This document shows positions 11,919 through 21,675 of a DNA stretch of 45,309 bases, in pieces (the first letter of the stretch is position 1; each line of letters starts with the position of its first letter). This DNA is from a bacterium. Lineage in GTDB: Bacteria > Patescibacteriota > UBA1384 > DTJR01. The stretch covers positions 1 through 45,309 of the forward strand of contig JBDRAU010000082.1 of assembly GCA_043823315.1 (NCBI GenBank). Direction: 5' to 3'. Under the pieces are notes generated by a model. That model worked only from the letters and a program-made list of their open reading frames with translations. It did not search any database and had not been told where the DNA came from. Position numbers and translations under genes: made by a program.

Positions 11919-12239
11919 ATGCCCAAGTCTAGCTCAAGTGAAAAAATCAGGATAAAAATCAGAGGATATGATTACCGGATTCTTGATAAATCCGTTAAAC
12001 ATATTATCGAAACCGTTGAAAGAACCGGAGCAAAGATCATTGGCCCCATTCCTTTGCCGACTGAAATCCAAAAGATGACGGTTCTGAAGAGTACGTTCGT
12101 CCATAAGGATTCCCGCGATCAATACGAAATCAGGGTACATAAGAGACTGCTAGATGTAGTTGAGATAAATAATCGTACGATTGATCAGCTGATGAACATC
12201 GAACTTCCTGCTGGTATTGACATAGAGGTAAAAACCTAA
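11919..12239 (+). CDS. rpsJ: 30S ribosomal protein S10
   Basis: 106 aa. IRIKIRGYDYRILD and HKDSRDQYEIRVHKRL are typical of S10. It is the first gene of the S10 operon. Confidence 0.95.
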   Translation: MPKSSSSEKIRIKIRGYDYRILDKSVKHIIETVERTGAKIIGPIPLPTEIQKMTVLKSTFVHKDSRDQYEIRVHKRLLDVVEINNRTIDQLMNIELPAGIDIEVKT

Positions 12240-12337
12240 GACAATTAGGCAATCCGGTTCCAATAAAAGGAGCCGGCTGCGTAACTATCTTAAAGCAAAA
12301 TTAGTTACTACCCGAATAATGCACTGAGTTAAACAGA

Positions 12338-12955
12338 GTGTTTTTGGGTAAAGGTTTAATAGTGAAGATTTTTGCCACAAAAGTTGGCACAACACATCAT
12401 TATCTCGAAAATGGCAAACATCAAGTTGTTACTGTTTTAAAATTGAAAAAAACCGTAGTTGCGAAATTCAAAAATAAGAAAAAAGACGGTTATGATGCAA
12501 TCGTACTAGTGCAGGATAACGAAAAAGCGAAAATAAAAAAATCCGTTCAAGGCGCCTTTAAAAACCTATCACCATCGAAGATTATTGAGGAGAAAACAGA
12601 CATTAAAGGCAAGAAAGTTGGCGAAGAGTACACGATTGATAGTTTAAACGAAACTGATAAGATAAATATTTTGTCAAAATCAAAAGGTAAGGGATTTCAG
12701 GGCACGATCAAAAGACATAATTTCAACACCGGTCCCAAGACACACGGCTCACGAAACTATAGACGTCCAGGTTCAATTGGTATGACAACTCCTTCAAGGG
12801 TACCGCTCGGAAAGAAAATGGCCGGTCACATGGGCGATGACAGGATTACACTTAGAAATGTAAAAATCGAAAAAATTGACAAAAAGCTAAATACCATTTG
12901 GGTCGCGGGTCATGTTCCGGGAGCAAACAAATCATCGATTGTGGTAATAAAATGA
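12338..12955 (+). CDS. rplC: 50S ribosomal protein L3
   Basis: Contains [23 protein letters not shown] and [14 protein letters not shown]. The start is GTG at 12338; GTG at 12362 is an alternative. Confidence 0.93.
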   Translation: MFLGKGLIVKIFATKVGTTHHYLENGKHQVVTVLKLKKTVVAKFKNKKKDGYDAIVLVQDNEKAKIKKSVQGAFKNLSPSKIIEEKTDIKGKKVGEEYTIDSLNETDKINILSKSKGKGFQGTIKRHNFNTGPKTHGSRNYRRPGSIGMTTPSRVPLGKKMAGHMGDDRITLRNVKIEKIDKKLNTIWVAGHVPGANKSSIVVIK

Positions 12956-13584
12956 AATTAAAAATCCCTTATTACAATTCCGAGGCAGCGCCGCAAGAGC
13001 CCATTATCATAGAAGTTAACGATAAATTTAAAGAAGTTAATGCTAGTTTGGTATCCCAAGCTCTTCACGTCGAGAGAAATAAAACCGAATTCAAAAGCGG
13101 GCTTACTAAAACTAGATCCGACGTACGTGGCGGTGGGAAAAAGCCCTGGAAACAAAAAGGGACAGGTCGTGCTAGAGCCGGATCGAATAGGTCACCGCTT
13201 TGGAGAGGTGGTGGAATAACATTTGGCCCAGATGGACAAAAGAAAAACCTTCAAATACCCCAGAAAATGAAACAAATGGCGATACTATCTATGGTTGTCC
13301 ACAAGGCCATAGAAAAAGAATTATCGGTCATTGAAAAAATAGAAGTTGCAGATAACAAAACCAAGAATGCTGCAAAAATGATCGAAAAAATTAACAGTGC
13401 TAAACGAGTTATATTGGTAACAGATATTGGCGAAAAGGGGAGTATAATCGCTTGGAGAAATCTGCCACTTGTTGAGCTTAGAAACAATGGAGATCTGGCT
13501 TTAAATGACTTAAACTCAACAAAAATGGTTATTTTTACAAAGACGGCTTTTGGTCAAATCGAAGGAAGGCTTAAGGTAAAATGA
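12952..13584 (+). CDS. rplD: 50S ribosomal protein L4
   Basis: Contains [36 protein letters not shown] place the start at ATG 12952, which overlaps the rplC stop as ATGA, rather than at the 12898 start in the ORF track. Confidence 0.93.
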   Translation: MKLKIPYYNSEAAPQEPIIIEVNDKFKEVNASLVSQALHVERNKTEFKSGLTKTRSDVRGGGKKPWKQKGTGRARAGSNRSPLWRGGGITFGPDGQKKNLQIPQKMKQMAILSMVVHKAIEKELSVIEKIEVADNKTKNAAKMIEKINSAKRVILVTDIGEKGSIIAWRNLPLVELRNNGDLALNDLNSTKMVIFTKTAFGQIEGRLKVK

Positions 13585-13940
13585 GAAAAATAAGCCCATA
13601 CATTACAGAAAAATCCGTAGATCTTGCCAAGCAGGGTAAATTTACATTGAAGGTTGATTTTAACGCAACTCGTGACGAGATACGCAGTTTAGTAAAGAAA
13701 TATTACCTGGTAAATCCAATTTCCATAAATATCATCAAAGGTAAATATTTGCACTCAACAAAACACAGGAAACAATTTAACGATAGGGGTGTGAAAAAAG
13801 CGTTAGTACATCTTGAAAAAGGAAAAATGATTCCTGGGTTTGAGTTCGAGACAGAAGACAAAAAAAGTAAACAAGCTAAAAAAATTGATAAAAACAAAGC
13901 TAAAAAAATAAAAGAGACAAAAGATGTTAAAACAAGTTAA
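13581..13940 (+). CDS. rplW: 50S ribosomal protein L23, with Lys-rich C-terminal extension
   Basis: L23 core is [23 protein letters not shown]...[10 protein letters not shown]. The tail is [26 protein letters not shown]. Confidence 0.9.
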   Translation: MRKISPYITEKSVDLAKQGKFTLKVDFNATRDEIRSLVKKYYLVNPISINIIKGKYLHSTKHRKQFNDRGVKKALVHLEKGKMIPGFEFETEDKKSKQAKKIDKNKAKKIKETKDVKTS

Positions 13941-14751
13941 AAGACTTACAAGCGGATACTTTGAAGGAAGCTTCGAAGTAAGATCGGATTTAAACAAGCT
14001 TAGAAAAGTTAAGTCTTTAACGATGAGGTTAAAAAAGAACAATGGGCGCGACGATACCGGCAGAATCAGTTCAAGGCACCTCGGAGGCGGAGCGAAAAAA
14101 ATTTATAGAGTCATTTCGGACTTGTCTGATATAAAAACACCCTCTAAGGTAATAGATATCCAATATGACCCGAATCGATCAGCTAACATCGCCCTCCTAG
14201 AAACCGAGGATGGCAGAAAGAGATATATCATCTCTCCGGAAAAATTAAAAATAGGATCGGTTATTTCATATAAAGAAGAGGAAAACCTGAAAACCGGCGA
14301 TAGAGCAATGCTTAAAAATATTCCGGTTGGATCAAGCGTTCATGATATCGAAATTTTACCTTACTCGAAGGGTAAGTTCGCTCGTTCTGCTGGAACATTC
14401 GCAACGCTGATGGCGATAGAAGAAGGTTATGCACTTTTAAAAATGCCCTCTGGAGAACTTCGTGAAGTTCATGAGAAATGTTTAGCAAGTTTAGGGCAGG
14501 TTTCAGCAATTGATCACGGTAATGTTAGGATTGGAAAGGCCGGACGGATGCGCCACATGGGTAAAAGACCTACGGTTCGCGGTAAAGCTATGCATCCTGC
14601 AGCTCATCCTCATGGTGGCGGTGAAGGCGTGAATCCGATAGGTTTGAAATATCCCAAAACCCCTTGGGGGAAAATCGCAATAGGTAAAAAAACCCGCGCC
14701 AAGAAACTTTCGGACAAATATATAATAAGCCGTCGAAAGAAGAAGAGGTAA
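13924..14751 (+). CDS. rplB: 50S ribosomal protein L2
   Basis: Contains [19 protein letters not shown] and [17 protein letters not shown]. Confidence 0.95.
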   Translation: MLKQVKRLTSGYFEGSFEVRSDLNKLRKVKSLTMRLKKNNGRDDTGRISSRHLGGGAKKIYRVISDLSDIKTPSKVIDIQYDPNRSANIALLETEDGRKRYIISPEKLKIGSVISYKEEENLKTGDRAMLKNIPVGSSVHDIEILPYSKGKFARSAGTFATLMAIEEGYALLKMPSGELREVHEKCLASLGQVSAIDHGNVRIGKAGRMRHMGKRPTVRGKAMHPAAHPHGGGEGVNPIGLKYPKTPWGKIAIGKKTRAKKLSDKYIISRRKKKR

Positions 14752-14753
14752 TA

Positions 14754-15041
14754 ATGTCTAGATCACTCAAAAAAGGATTGTTTGTTGATGAAAAGCTGCT
14801 GAAAAAAGTTAATTCAGCTAAAAGCGGTGAAACAATAAAAACATGGTCAAGAAGCTCGATGATAACTCCGGAAATGGTTGGAATCAACATGGCCATACAC
14901 AATGGCAAAGAGCACATAGGCGTGACTATTATTGAAGAGATGGTTGGACACAGACTCGGAGAATTTTCTCCGACAAGAAAATTTAGGAAACATGGCGGAC
15001 GAATGGCCAGAGAACAAGAAAAGACAGAAACAACAAAATAA
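14754..15041 (+). CDS. rpsS: 30S ribosomal protein S19
   Basis: Contains [28 protein letters not shown] and [17 protein letters not shown]. Confidence 0.95.
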   Translation: MSRSLKKGLFVDEKLLKKVNSAKSGETIKTWSRSSMITPEMVGINMAIHNGKEHIGVTIIEEMVGHRLGEFSPTRKFRKHGGRMAREQEKTETTK

Positions 15042-15044
15042 ATC

Positions 15045-15449
15045 ATGAACAAAATAACAACAGTAGCATTGAGAGAGCAAAGGGTTAGCCCCAAAAAGGC
15101 TAGGCTAATTATGAATTTGATTAGAAATAAACCTGTTGAAGCTGCAAGAAACACACTTTTAAACGCTGACAAGAAAACTGCTAAACTTGCTCTTAACCTC
15201 TTGAAGTCCGCCATTGATAGTGCAAAAGCAAAAAATTTCAAAGAGGAAGATTTGTTTATTAGCGAATCTATTGCCCAAGAAGGCAAGAAAATGAAAAGGT
15301 TTTATATAAGAGCCAGAGGTCGATCAGCAAAGTTTCAGCACAAACAATCGCATCTTAAAATCTCGCTTGCAAAAATTGAGGTCAAAGGAAAGCAAAAAGA
15401 TACGAATAATTCGAAAAAAGATCAAAAAAAGGTAGAAAAAAATGGGTAA
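15045..15449 (+). CDS. rplV: 50S ribosomal protein L22, with Lys-rich C-terminal extension
   Basis: Contains RVSPKKARLIMNLIRNKPVEAA and RARGRSAKFQHKQSHLKI, in operon position. Confidence 0.92.
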   Translation: MNKITTVALREQRVSPKKARLIMNLIRNKPVEAARNTLLNADKKTAKLALNLLKSAIDSAKAKNFKEEDLFISESIAQEGKKMKRFYIRARGRSAKFQHKQSHLKISLAKIEVKGKQKDTNNSKKDQKKVEKNG

Positions 15450-16074
15450 AAAAGTTAATCCTATATCATTTAGACTGTCTGTTTATAACAACTGGAAAAG
15501 CAAGTGGTTTGCGAAAGGTTCTGATTATTCGAAGTATCTTCTAGAGGATGACAAAATTAGGTCTACCATTAAACAAAAAACGGGTCCCCAGGCCGGGATA
15601 TCCGAAGTTTACATCGAGAGAGGCGTGGGAAGATTGGATGTGGTAATTCATACTGCTAGGCCTGGTGTCTTAATTGGAAGAGGCGGAAAACAACTGGAGT
15701 CATTAAGGCTAAGCCTTGCAAGGATTATTAATGAAAAATTCAAACTTGAGATAGTCGAAATTAAAAAGCCCGACCTTGATAGTGCCGTTGTAGCACAGAC
15801 GATCGGAATGCAGATTTCGAAAAGAATGCCATTTAGAAGAGCATCAAAGCAAGCTCTCCAAAGAGTTAAAGATACAGGAGCCAAGGGTGCGATGATAAGA
15901 GTTGCAGGCAGACTTGATGGAGCAATAATTTCCCGTGCAGAGGTTTTCAAATACGGATCTATCCCGCTTTCAACTTTGAGGTGTGACATAAGCTTTGCTA
16001 GGCACGATGCAATCACGACATATGGCATCGTAGGAATAAAGGTTTGGATAAATCTGGGTGAAAAGGTTCAGTAA
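15442..16074 (+). CDS. rpsC: 30S ribosomal protein S3
   Basis: Contains [12 protein letters not shown], the KH-domain [12 protein letters not shown], and [12 protein letters not shown]. Confidence 0.95.
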   Translation: MGKKVNPISFRLSVYNNWKSKWFAKGSDYSKYLLEDDKIRSTIKQKTGPQAGISEVYIERGVGRLDVVIHTARPGVLIGRGGKQLESLRLSLARIINEKFKLEIVEIKKPDLDSAVVAQTIGMQISKRMPFRRASKQALQRVKDTGAKGAMIRVAGRLDGAIISRAEVFKYGSIPLSTLRCDISFARHDAITTYGIVGIKVWINLGEKVQ

Positions 16075-16481
16075 TGTTAATACCTAAAAAACTTAAACAC
16101 AGGAAGCACTTCAGGGGTAAAATGCCCGGCCTTGACATCAGAGGCAGCAAGATTGATTTTGGTAAGTTTGCCATCAAGTCAATTGAGAGAAGTTGGGTCA
16201 CTTCAAGACAGATTGAGGCTGCTAGGCGAGCAATGACACGATACTGCAAAAGAGGCGGTAAGATCTGGGTTAGAATTTTTCCTGATAAAGTGGTTACCGC
16301 AACCCCAGTTGAAGTCGGAATGGGTGGCGGAAAAGGAGCTCCCGATCATTTTGTCTGTGTTGTTCGACCCGGGAGAATTCTTTTTGAGATGGATGGGGTA
16401 AATCTAGAAACAGCTAAAGAAGCCATGAGATTAGCCTCAAGTAAATTACCGGTCAAAACAGTATTCTTGGAGAAACAGTAA
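16074..16481 (+). CDS. rplP: 50S ribosomal protein L16
   Basis: Contains [33 protein letters not shown] and RIFPDKVVT. Confidence 0.95.
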   Translation: MLIPKKLKHRKHFRGKMPGLDIRGSKIDFGKFAIKSIERSWVTSRQIEAARRAMTRYCKRGGKIWVRIFPDKVVTATPVEVGMGGGKGAPDHFVCVVRPGRILFEMDGVNLETAKEAMRLASSKLPVKTVFLEKQ

Positions 16482-16690
16482 TGAAAAATGTAAAAGAATT
16501 AAGGACAGTTGAAATTCGAAAATTAAATACTGATGCCGAAAAAGCAAGAAAGCATTTAATTGATGAAATTGCTAAACTTGCACATAGTGGTAAAAAGAAT
16601 TCCAACACAACGAAAAAATTAAGAAGAGACATTGCGCAGATAGAGACTGTTATAAATGAAAAAGTTAGCGATCAAGTAGAAGGAAAATAA
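16481..16690 (+). CDS. rpmC: 50S ribosomal protein L29
   Basis: 69-aa helical Lys-rich ORF between rplP and rps[15 protein letters not shown] is L29-like. Confidence 0.85.
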   Translation: MKNVKELRTVEIRKLNTDAEKARKHLIDEIAKLAHSGKKNSNTTKKLRRDIAQIETVINEKVSDQVEGK

Positions 16691-16923
16691 TGGCTAAAAA
16701 AAGAATTATTGGACAGGTAGTTTCAAAAAGCACCGACACAGTGTGTGTTTTGCATACATATAAAGCCCGGCACAAGCTTTATGGTAAAACAATCAAAAAG
16801 AATAAGAAATATCTGTGTCACGACTCGGGTTCGAGCACAGAAATTGGCATGAATGTGGAAGTTGAAGAATGCGTACCGGTATCAAAACGAAAAAGATTTA
16901 AGGTAGTAAGAATAATAAAATGA
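16690..16923 (+). CDS. rpsQ: 30S ribosomal protein S17
   Basis: 77 aa with [32 protein letters not shown] and SKRKRFKVV. Confidence 0.92.
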   Translation: MAKKRIIGQVVSKSTDTVCVLHTYKARHKLYGKTIKKNKKYLCHDSGSSTEIGMNVEVEECVPVSKRKRFKVVRIIK

Positions 16924-17288
16924 TACAACCAAATACAAGATTAAAGGTAGCAGACAATACAGGTGCACGCGAAATAATGTGTATTCGAGTTTTGAACCGC
17001 GGATACAGCGAATTCGCCCAGCTCGGTGATGTTTGCGTAGTTTCAGTAAAGTCCGCTAATCCACGAGGAATTGCAAAAAAGAAAGAAATGCACAGAGCTG
17101 TGATCGTAAGGCAGAAAAAAAATTACCATAGGCGTGACGGGTCATCTATCAGGTTTGATGAAAATGCTGCGGTATTAATTAACAATGATAAAACACCCAA
17201 AGGAACAAGAATTTTCGGCCCGATCGCAAGAGAAATTAGAGAAAGAGGCTATTTGAAGATTGTCTCAATGGCTCAGGAAGTAATATAA
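16920..17288 (+). CDS. rplN: 50S ribosomal protein L14
   Basis: Contains [24 protein letters not shown] and [12 protein letters not shown]. Confidence 0.96.
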   Translation: MIQPNTRLKVADNTGAREIMCIRVLNRGYSEFAQLGDVCVVSVKSANPRGIAKKKEMHRAVIVRQKKNYHRRDGSSIRFDENAAVLINNDKTPKGTRIFGPIAREIRERGYLKIVSMAQEVI

Positions 17289-17289
17289 A

Positions 17290-17607
17290 ATGAAGTTTAA
17301 AACTGGCGACCAAGTCATAGTAAGGAGTGGAAAAGATCGGGGTAAAACCGGGAAGATTATTAAAATTGATAAAAACAAAAACAAAGCTATAGTTGACGGA
17401 ATTAATATTTATAAAGCCCATATCAAACCGTCAAACAAATACCCTCAAGGCGGGGTTATCGACAAGAATATGCCTATTGCGCTGTCCAATCTTAATTTTC
17501 TTTGCTCATCCTGTAACAAATCGACGCGAGTAAAATATACCGGTAGCAAAAAGGAAAAAACAAGGATTTGCGTTAAATGCAAGGAGTCAGTCAATGAAGT
17601 TAAATGA
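17290..17607 (+). CDS. rplX: 50S ribosomal protein L24 (KOW domain plus C-terminal CxxC...CxxC zinc ribbon)
   Basis: The KOW motif is GDQVIVRSGKDRGKTGKI. The C-terminal Cys pairs are CSSC-x18-CVKC. Confidence 0.92.
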   Translation: MKFKTGDQVIVRSGKDRGKTGKIIKIDKNKNKAIVDGINIYKAHIKPSNKYPQGGVIDKNMPIALSNLNFLCSSCNKSTRVKYTGSKKEKTRICVKCKESVNEVK

Positions 17608-18127
17608 AAGAGTAAATAAAGAGATTCTTCCAGCTCTTGCAAAAGAGTCTGGGTTTAATTTGATGAGTCTGCCCAATATCGAAAAAGTAATAGTTACTGT
17701 TGGACTGGGGCCGTTTATTGACAGAAAAGACGTGCTTGAGACCATCGAAAAAGAACTCGCCTTGATCACCTCTCAAAAACCAAAAAAGAACATTGCAAAA
17801 AAGTCTATTTCGGGATTTAAGTTGCGTGAAGGACAAATGATTGCGTATCAGGTAACCCTTCGTGGTAAAAGAATGTGGGACTTTATAGAAAAACTGGTCA
17901 ATATTGTACTTCCGAGGTCGAGAAGTTTTGATGGAATTAGCCAGAAATCATTTGACAGCACATCTAATTTAACCATCTCGATCAGGGAGCACATAGATTT
18001 TCCAGAAATCAAGCAAGATGATGTTAAGGAAGTTTGGGGTATGGGAATTACGTTCTCAATAAAAAACAGACACGACAAGGAAAGTGTTGTTAAATTCCTA
18101 ACATCTGTAGGATTCATTTTCAAATAA
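17594..18127 (+). CDS. rplE: 50S ribosomal protein L5
   Basis: Contains NIEKVIVTVGLG, AKKSISGFKLREGQMIAYQVTLRG and GMGITF. Confidence 0.94.
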   Translation: MKLNERVNKEILPALAKESGFNLMSLPNIEKVIVTVGLGPFIDRKDVLETIEKELALITSQKPKKNIAKKSISGFKLREGQMIAYQVTLRGKRMWDFIEKLVNIVLPRSRSFDGISQKSFDSTSNLTISIREHIDFPEIKQDDVKEVWGMGITFSIKNRHDKESVVKFLTSVGFIFK

Positions 18128-18168
18128 GGTAACCTGAAACAATATCGCTAATAAATAAAGAAAGAATC

Positions 18169-18354
18169 ATGGCAAGAAAAGCATTAATCGAAAAAGCAAA
18201 TAAAAAACCAAAATTCTCATCTCGCTTGATAAGGAGATGTGGTAAATGTGGCAGAACACGAAGCTATATGAGGAAGTTTGGTATATGCAGAATCTGTTTT
18301 CGGGAATTAGCTATGAAGGGTGAGATTCCGGGAGTAACAAAATCTTCGTGGTAA
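18169..18354 (+). CDS. rpsN: 30S ribosomal protein S14 type Z (zinc-binding, 61 aa)
   Basis: 61 aa with [26 protein letters not shown], i.e. CxxC...CxxC. Confidence 0.95.
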   Translation: MARKALIEKANKKPKFSSRLIRRCGKCGRTRSYMRKFGICRICFRELAMKGEIPGVTKSSW

Positions 18355-18371
18355 GATAATAGGTAAAATAT

Positions 18372-18740
18372 ATGAATGATACAATTTCGGATTTATTAAC
18401 AAGAATATCAAACGCAAAAAATGCTGGAAAAGCATCCCTTAATTTGCCATATTCAAAAATAAAGATGGGGATATTGGAAGTTTTAAAGACCGAGGGCTAT
18501 ATAGGCACTTATTCAAAACAGGAGCTCAGTATAAGTATCGATTTAACTGGAGCGAGCAAGGATTTTACTAAAATTCGCAGACTTTCAAGGCCTGGGCGAA
18601 GAGAATACGTTAAAAGCAAAAACATAACATTTCCCAAGGGCTATGGATTAGTAATTCTTTCCACGCCCCAGGGAGTATTAAGTGGAAGAAATGCAAAGAA
18701 ATCGGGTACTGGCGGAGAGTTAATATGCGAGGTTTATTAA
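18372..18740 (+). CDS. rpsH: 30S ribosomal protein S8
   Basis: Contains DTISDLLTRISNA, GLVILSTPQGVLSG and GGELICEVY. Confidence 0.94.
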   Translation: MNDTISDLLTRISNAKNAGKASLNLPYSKIKMGILEVLKTEGYIGTYSKQELSISIDLTGASKDFTKIRRLSRPGRREYVKSKNITFPKGYGLVILSTPQGVLSGRNAKKSGTGGELICEVY

Positions 18741-18741
18741 A

Positions 18742-19287
18742 ATGAGCAGAATTGGCAATAAAATTATTGAGATTCCAGAAGCGGTCGAGGTCAGCTTGAA
18801 TGGCCAAGTTCTTGAAGTTAAGTCGCAAGATAAGAAAATTCTCGTTAACCTACATCCCCTCGTAGAGGTTGCGGTTGAGAAAGACACTTTAAAAGTAAGT
18901 AGAAAGAACGAATTAAAACTAGCCAAATCCATTCATGGCTTAATGAGAAGCTTGATTTACAATGCCATCGTCGGAGTAAGCGAAGGGTTCAAAAAGGAAC
19001 TCGAGCTGGTTGGAGTCGGATACAGAGCGCTGGTTGAACGAAATGTTTTAAAGCTAAAAGTTGGCTACTCGCATGAAGTTGAGATAACTGCACCAGAAGG
19101 AATTGACTTAGAAGTCAAAAAGAATATAATCAGCGTTTCGGGTATCGATAAACAACTGGTTGGTCAGATCGCAGCAGACATTAGAGCCGTAAAAAAACCA
19201 GAGCCTTACAAGGGTAAGGGAATAAAATATGTAGGAGAGAAAGTTATAAGAAAAGTTGGAAAAGCTGTAAAGAGTGCCGGAGAGTAA
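18742..19287 (+). CDS. rplF: 50S ribosomal protein L6
   Basis: Contains MSRIGNKIIEIPEAVEV, GVGYRA, GYSHEVEI and EPYKGKGIKY. Confidence 0.95.
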   Translation: MSRIGNKIIEIPEAVEVSLNGQVLEVKSQDKKILVNLHPLVEVAVEKDTLKVSRKNELKLAKSIHGLMRSLIYNAIVGVSEGFKKELELVGVGYRALVERNVLKLKVGYSHEVEITAPEGIDLEVKKNIISVSGIDKQLVGQIAADIRAVKKPEPYKGKGIKYVGEKVIRKVGKAVKSAGE

Positions 19288-19288
19288 T

Positions 19289-19555
19289 ATGAGACAAACA
19301 TTAAAAATATACAAGTCAAATATGGCTATTGAGGCTCAGTTAATAGATGCTGGTAAGACTTTGATTGGTAGAAAATATTACTTTAAAGACAAATCTGAGC
19401 CATCAAAACAAGCGTTCACGCATGGCGAAGATTTTGGTAAGAGCTTGATAGAAAATAAAGTATCTAAGATCACATTTGATAGAAATGGCTCAAGATATCA
19501 TGGATCAGTTAAATCCTTCGCTGAAGGACTCAGGAAATCGGGTATAAACTTTTAA
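19289..19555 (+). CDS. rplR: 50S ribosomal protein L18 (short form lacking the basic N-terminal extension)
   Basis: Contains LKIYKSNMAIEAQLID and FDRNGSRYHGSVKSFAEGLRKSGINF. ATG 19289 follows GGAGAG and the rplF stop. The earliest possible in-frame start is GTG 19274. Confidence 0.88.
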   Translation: MRQTLKIYKSNMAIEAQLIDAGKTLIGRKYYFKDKSEPSKQAFTHGEDFGKSLIENKVSKITFDRNGSRYHGSVKSFAEGLRKSGINF

Positions 19556-19565
19556 GGATAAAAAT

Positions 19566-20015
19566 ATGTCTGAAGAAAAAGTATTTGAAGAGAAAGTAAT
19601 CGAGATAAGCCGTGTTAGTCGTACGGTTAAGGGTGGGAAGAGAATCTCCTTCCGTGCGCTCGTTATAGTTGGCGACAGAAACGGTAAAGTCGGAATGGGG
19701 CTTGGAAAAGCAACCGATGTTTCGATTTCTATAAAAAAAGGCACATCTCAGGCAAAGAAGAAACTACACAAGATATTTTTAACTGAAGGGGGGTCTATAG
19801 GCAAGGAAGTAGAAATCGCATTAAACGCAGCAAAAATTCTGTTAAAGCCGGCACCCGAAGGTACTTCAATCATTGCTGGCGGAGTAGTGCGAAGTGTATG
19901 CGAGTTGTCCGGAATTAAGAATCTCGTCAGTAAGTCTTATGGATCGAACAATAAAATCAATATTGCCAGAGCGACCTTGAAAGCTCTCGATATCTCATCT
20001 GAAGGTGCAAAATGA
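19566..20015 (+). CDS. rpsE: 30S ribosomal protein S5
   Basis: Contains ISRVSRTVKGGKRISFRALVIVGDRNGKVGMGLGKA and GTSIIAGG. Confidence 0.95.
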   Translation: MSEEKVFEEKVIEISRVSRTVKGGKRISFRALVIVGDRNGKVGMGLGKATDVSISIKKGTSQAKKKLHKIFLTEGGSIGKEVEIALNAAKILLKPAPEGTSIIAGGVVRSVCELSGIKNLVSKSYGSNNKINIARATLKALDISSEGAK

Positions 20016-20404
20016 TTAAACTTGTTAAGGTAATTAAAAGAACAAAAAGACTGGGCCGAGGTCCGTCGTCCGGAAAAGGCAAAACTTCTGCTCGAGGTAT
20101 GAACGGACAAAAATCCCGTGCAGGTGCATCGACTGTTCTTAAAAACGGAGGACAGACCAAGTTTTATATCGGCTTGCCAAAAGCAAAGGGTTTTAAAGCC
20201 AGAGAACAAAAATACATCTCCCTAAACGCTGGTAGATTGAATGGACTGTTTAAAGACGGGGAAAAGGTCACAAAGAAAGAAATATTGGACAAACTGAAAA
20301 TATCAGAAAAAGAAAAACCGCTAAAAATATTCTCTCTTAAATCTCTTAAAGCAAAAATCACATTCGATAATTCGATTATATTTTCAAAACCAAGGGAGAA
20401 ATGA
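20012..20404 (+). CDS. rplO: 50S ribosomal protein L15
   Basis: Contains RLGRGPSSGKGKTSARGMNGQKSRAG. It follows rpsE directly with a 4-nt overlap and no rpmD between them. Confidence 0.92.
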   Translation: MIKLVKVIKRTKRLGRGPSSGKGKTSARGMNGQKSRAGASTVLKNGGQTKFYIGLPKAKGFKAREQKYISLNAGRLNGLFKDGEKVTKKEILDKLKISEKEKPLKIFSLKSLKAKITFDNSIIFSKPREK

Positions 20405-21675
20405 TAAATCTTTCGATTCTTAAAAGAATTTTCACCTTAAAAGATCTAAGGAATAAAATTCTTTTCACGGGTTTGATTGTTTTAATATATAGGTTTCTGT
20501 CCCATGTTCCACTGCCGGGAGTTGACACAACCGGCCTACAGAATTTCTTTGAAAATAATCAAGTTTTGGGAATGCTTGATCTTTTTTCAGGTGGTTCGAT
20601 AAGCCGTTTCTCGCTTGTGATGCTTGGAGTTGGACCGTATATAACCTCTTCGATAGTTTTTCAACTCCTCACAATGGCAATTCCCTCTTTGGAAGCACTA
20701 CAAAAGGAAGGGGAGTACGGCAAACAAAAGATCAACCAATACACTAGATACTTATCCGTTCCCCTGGCTGTTGTTGAAGCATACGGATTGATAAGGATTC
20801 TTCAATCCCAGAACGTCCTCTCGGCTTTAACCTCTGCCGACTTGGCCCTAGTGATAGTCAGCGCTGCAGCGGGAAGTGTTTTTCTTATGTGGCTTGGAGA
20901 GATACTATCGGAAAAAGGTATTGGAAACGGGATTTCGCTGATAATTTCCGTTGGAATAATTGCCGGACTTCCTAATCAGATAGCAGCAACCGCCCAGATT
21001 ATAGAAAATCAATACTTAATCGCTGCCGAAATTATATTAGCATTTGTAGCGATGATTGCCTTTATAGTCTTCGTAAATGAGGCAGAAAGAAGGGTACCCG
21101 TAAGTTACGCCAGACGGATAAGGGCCGGTAGGTCGCTTGGGAAAATTGACTCATATCTTCCAATCAAAGCAAATGCAGCAGGTGTTATTCCAATAATTTT
21201 TGCAACCAGCTTGCTTGTTGTCCCAAATGTAGCATCACAAATGCTCCAAACTGCCAAAAGCGAAGCGCTACAAAACATTGGAACTCAAGTCACCAGAATA
21301 TTTTCCGACAATCTATTTTATGGAATAACATTTTTCGTGTTGGTATTTGCATTTACTTTCTTTTACACATCGATTATTTTTCAGCCGAAACAAATGGCCG
21401 AAAATCTTCAAAAACAAGGCGGGTTCATACCGGGAGTTAGGCCCGGCACACAAACCGCAGCATATCTATCAAATATTATTTACAAAGTAACATTTCCCGG
21501 AGCTCTATTCTTGGCTGTTGTCGCGCTTTTTCCCATTCTATTAACACAGGCAACGGGTATACAAACTTTGACAATAGGAGGAACCGGAATCCTAATTATC
21601 GTATCGGTTACCCTAGAGATAGTGCGAACACTCAAAGCTCAACTCGCAATGAGAAGTTATGATGATCTATTATGA
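20401..21675 (+). CDS. secY: Preprotein translocase subunit SecY
   Basis: 424-aa polytopic membrane ORF with GVGPYITSSIVFQLL, GEYGKQKINQYTRY and GISLIISVGI. Confidence 0.95.
   Translation: MINLSILKRIFTLKDLRNKILFTGLIVLIYRFLSHVPLPGVDTTGLQNFFENNQVLGMLDLFSGGSISRFSLVMLGVGPYITSSIVFQLLTMAIPSLEALQKEGEYGKQKINQYTRYLSVPLAVVEAYGLIRILQSQNVLSALTSADLALVIVSAAAGSVFLMWLGEILSEKGIGNGISLIISVGIIAGLPNQIAATAQIIENQYLIAAEIILAFVAMIAFIVFVNEAERRVPVSYARRIRAGRSLGKIDSYLPIKANAAGVIPIIFATSLLVVPNVASQMLQTAKSEALQNIGTQVTRIFSDNLFYGITFFVLVFAFTFFYTSIIFQPKQMAENLQKQGGFIPGVRPGTQTAAYLSNIIYKVTFPGALFLAVVALFPILLTQATGIQTLTIGGTGILIIVSVTLEIVRTLKAQLAMRSYDDLL

Noticed and set aside
14588-15286. A 232-aa antisense ORF across rplB, rpsS and rplV, together with the many other antisense or out-of-frame ORFs inside rpoB, rpoC, fusA, leuS, lysS and other genes in the ORF track.
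   Set aside because: These are shadow ORFs opposite or overlapping strongly supported conserved genes. They are low-complexity or hydrophobic in composition and have no start context.
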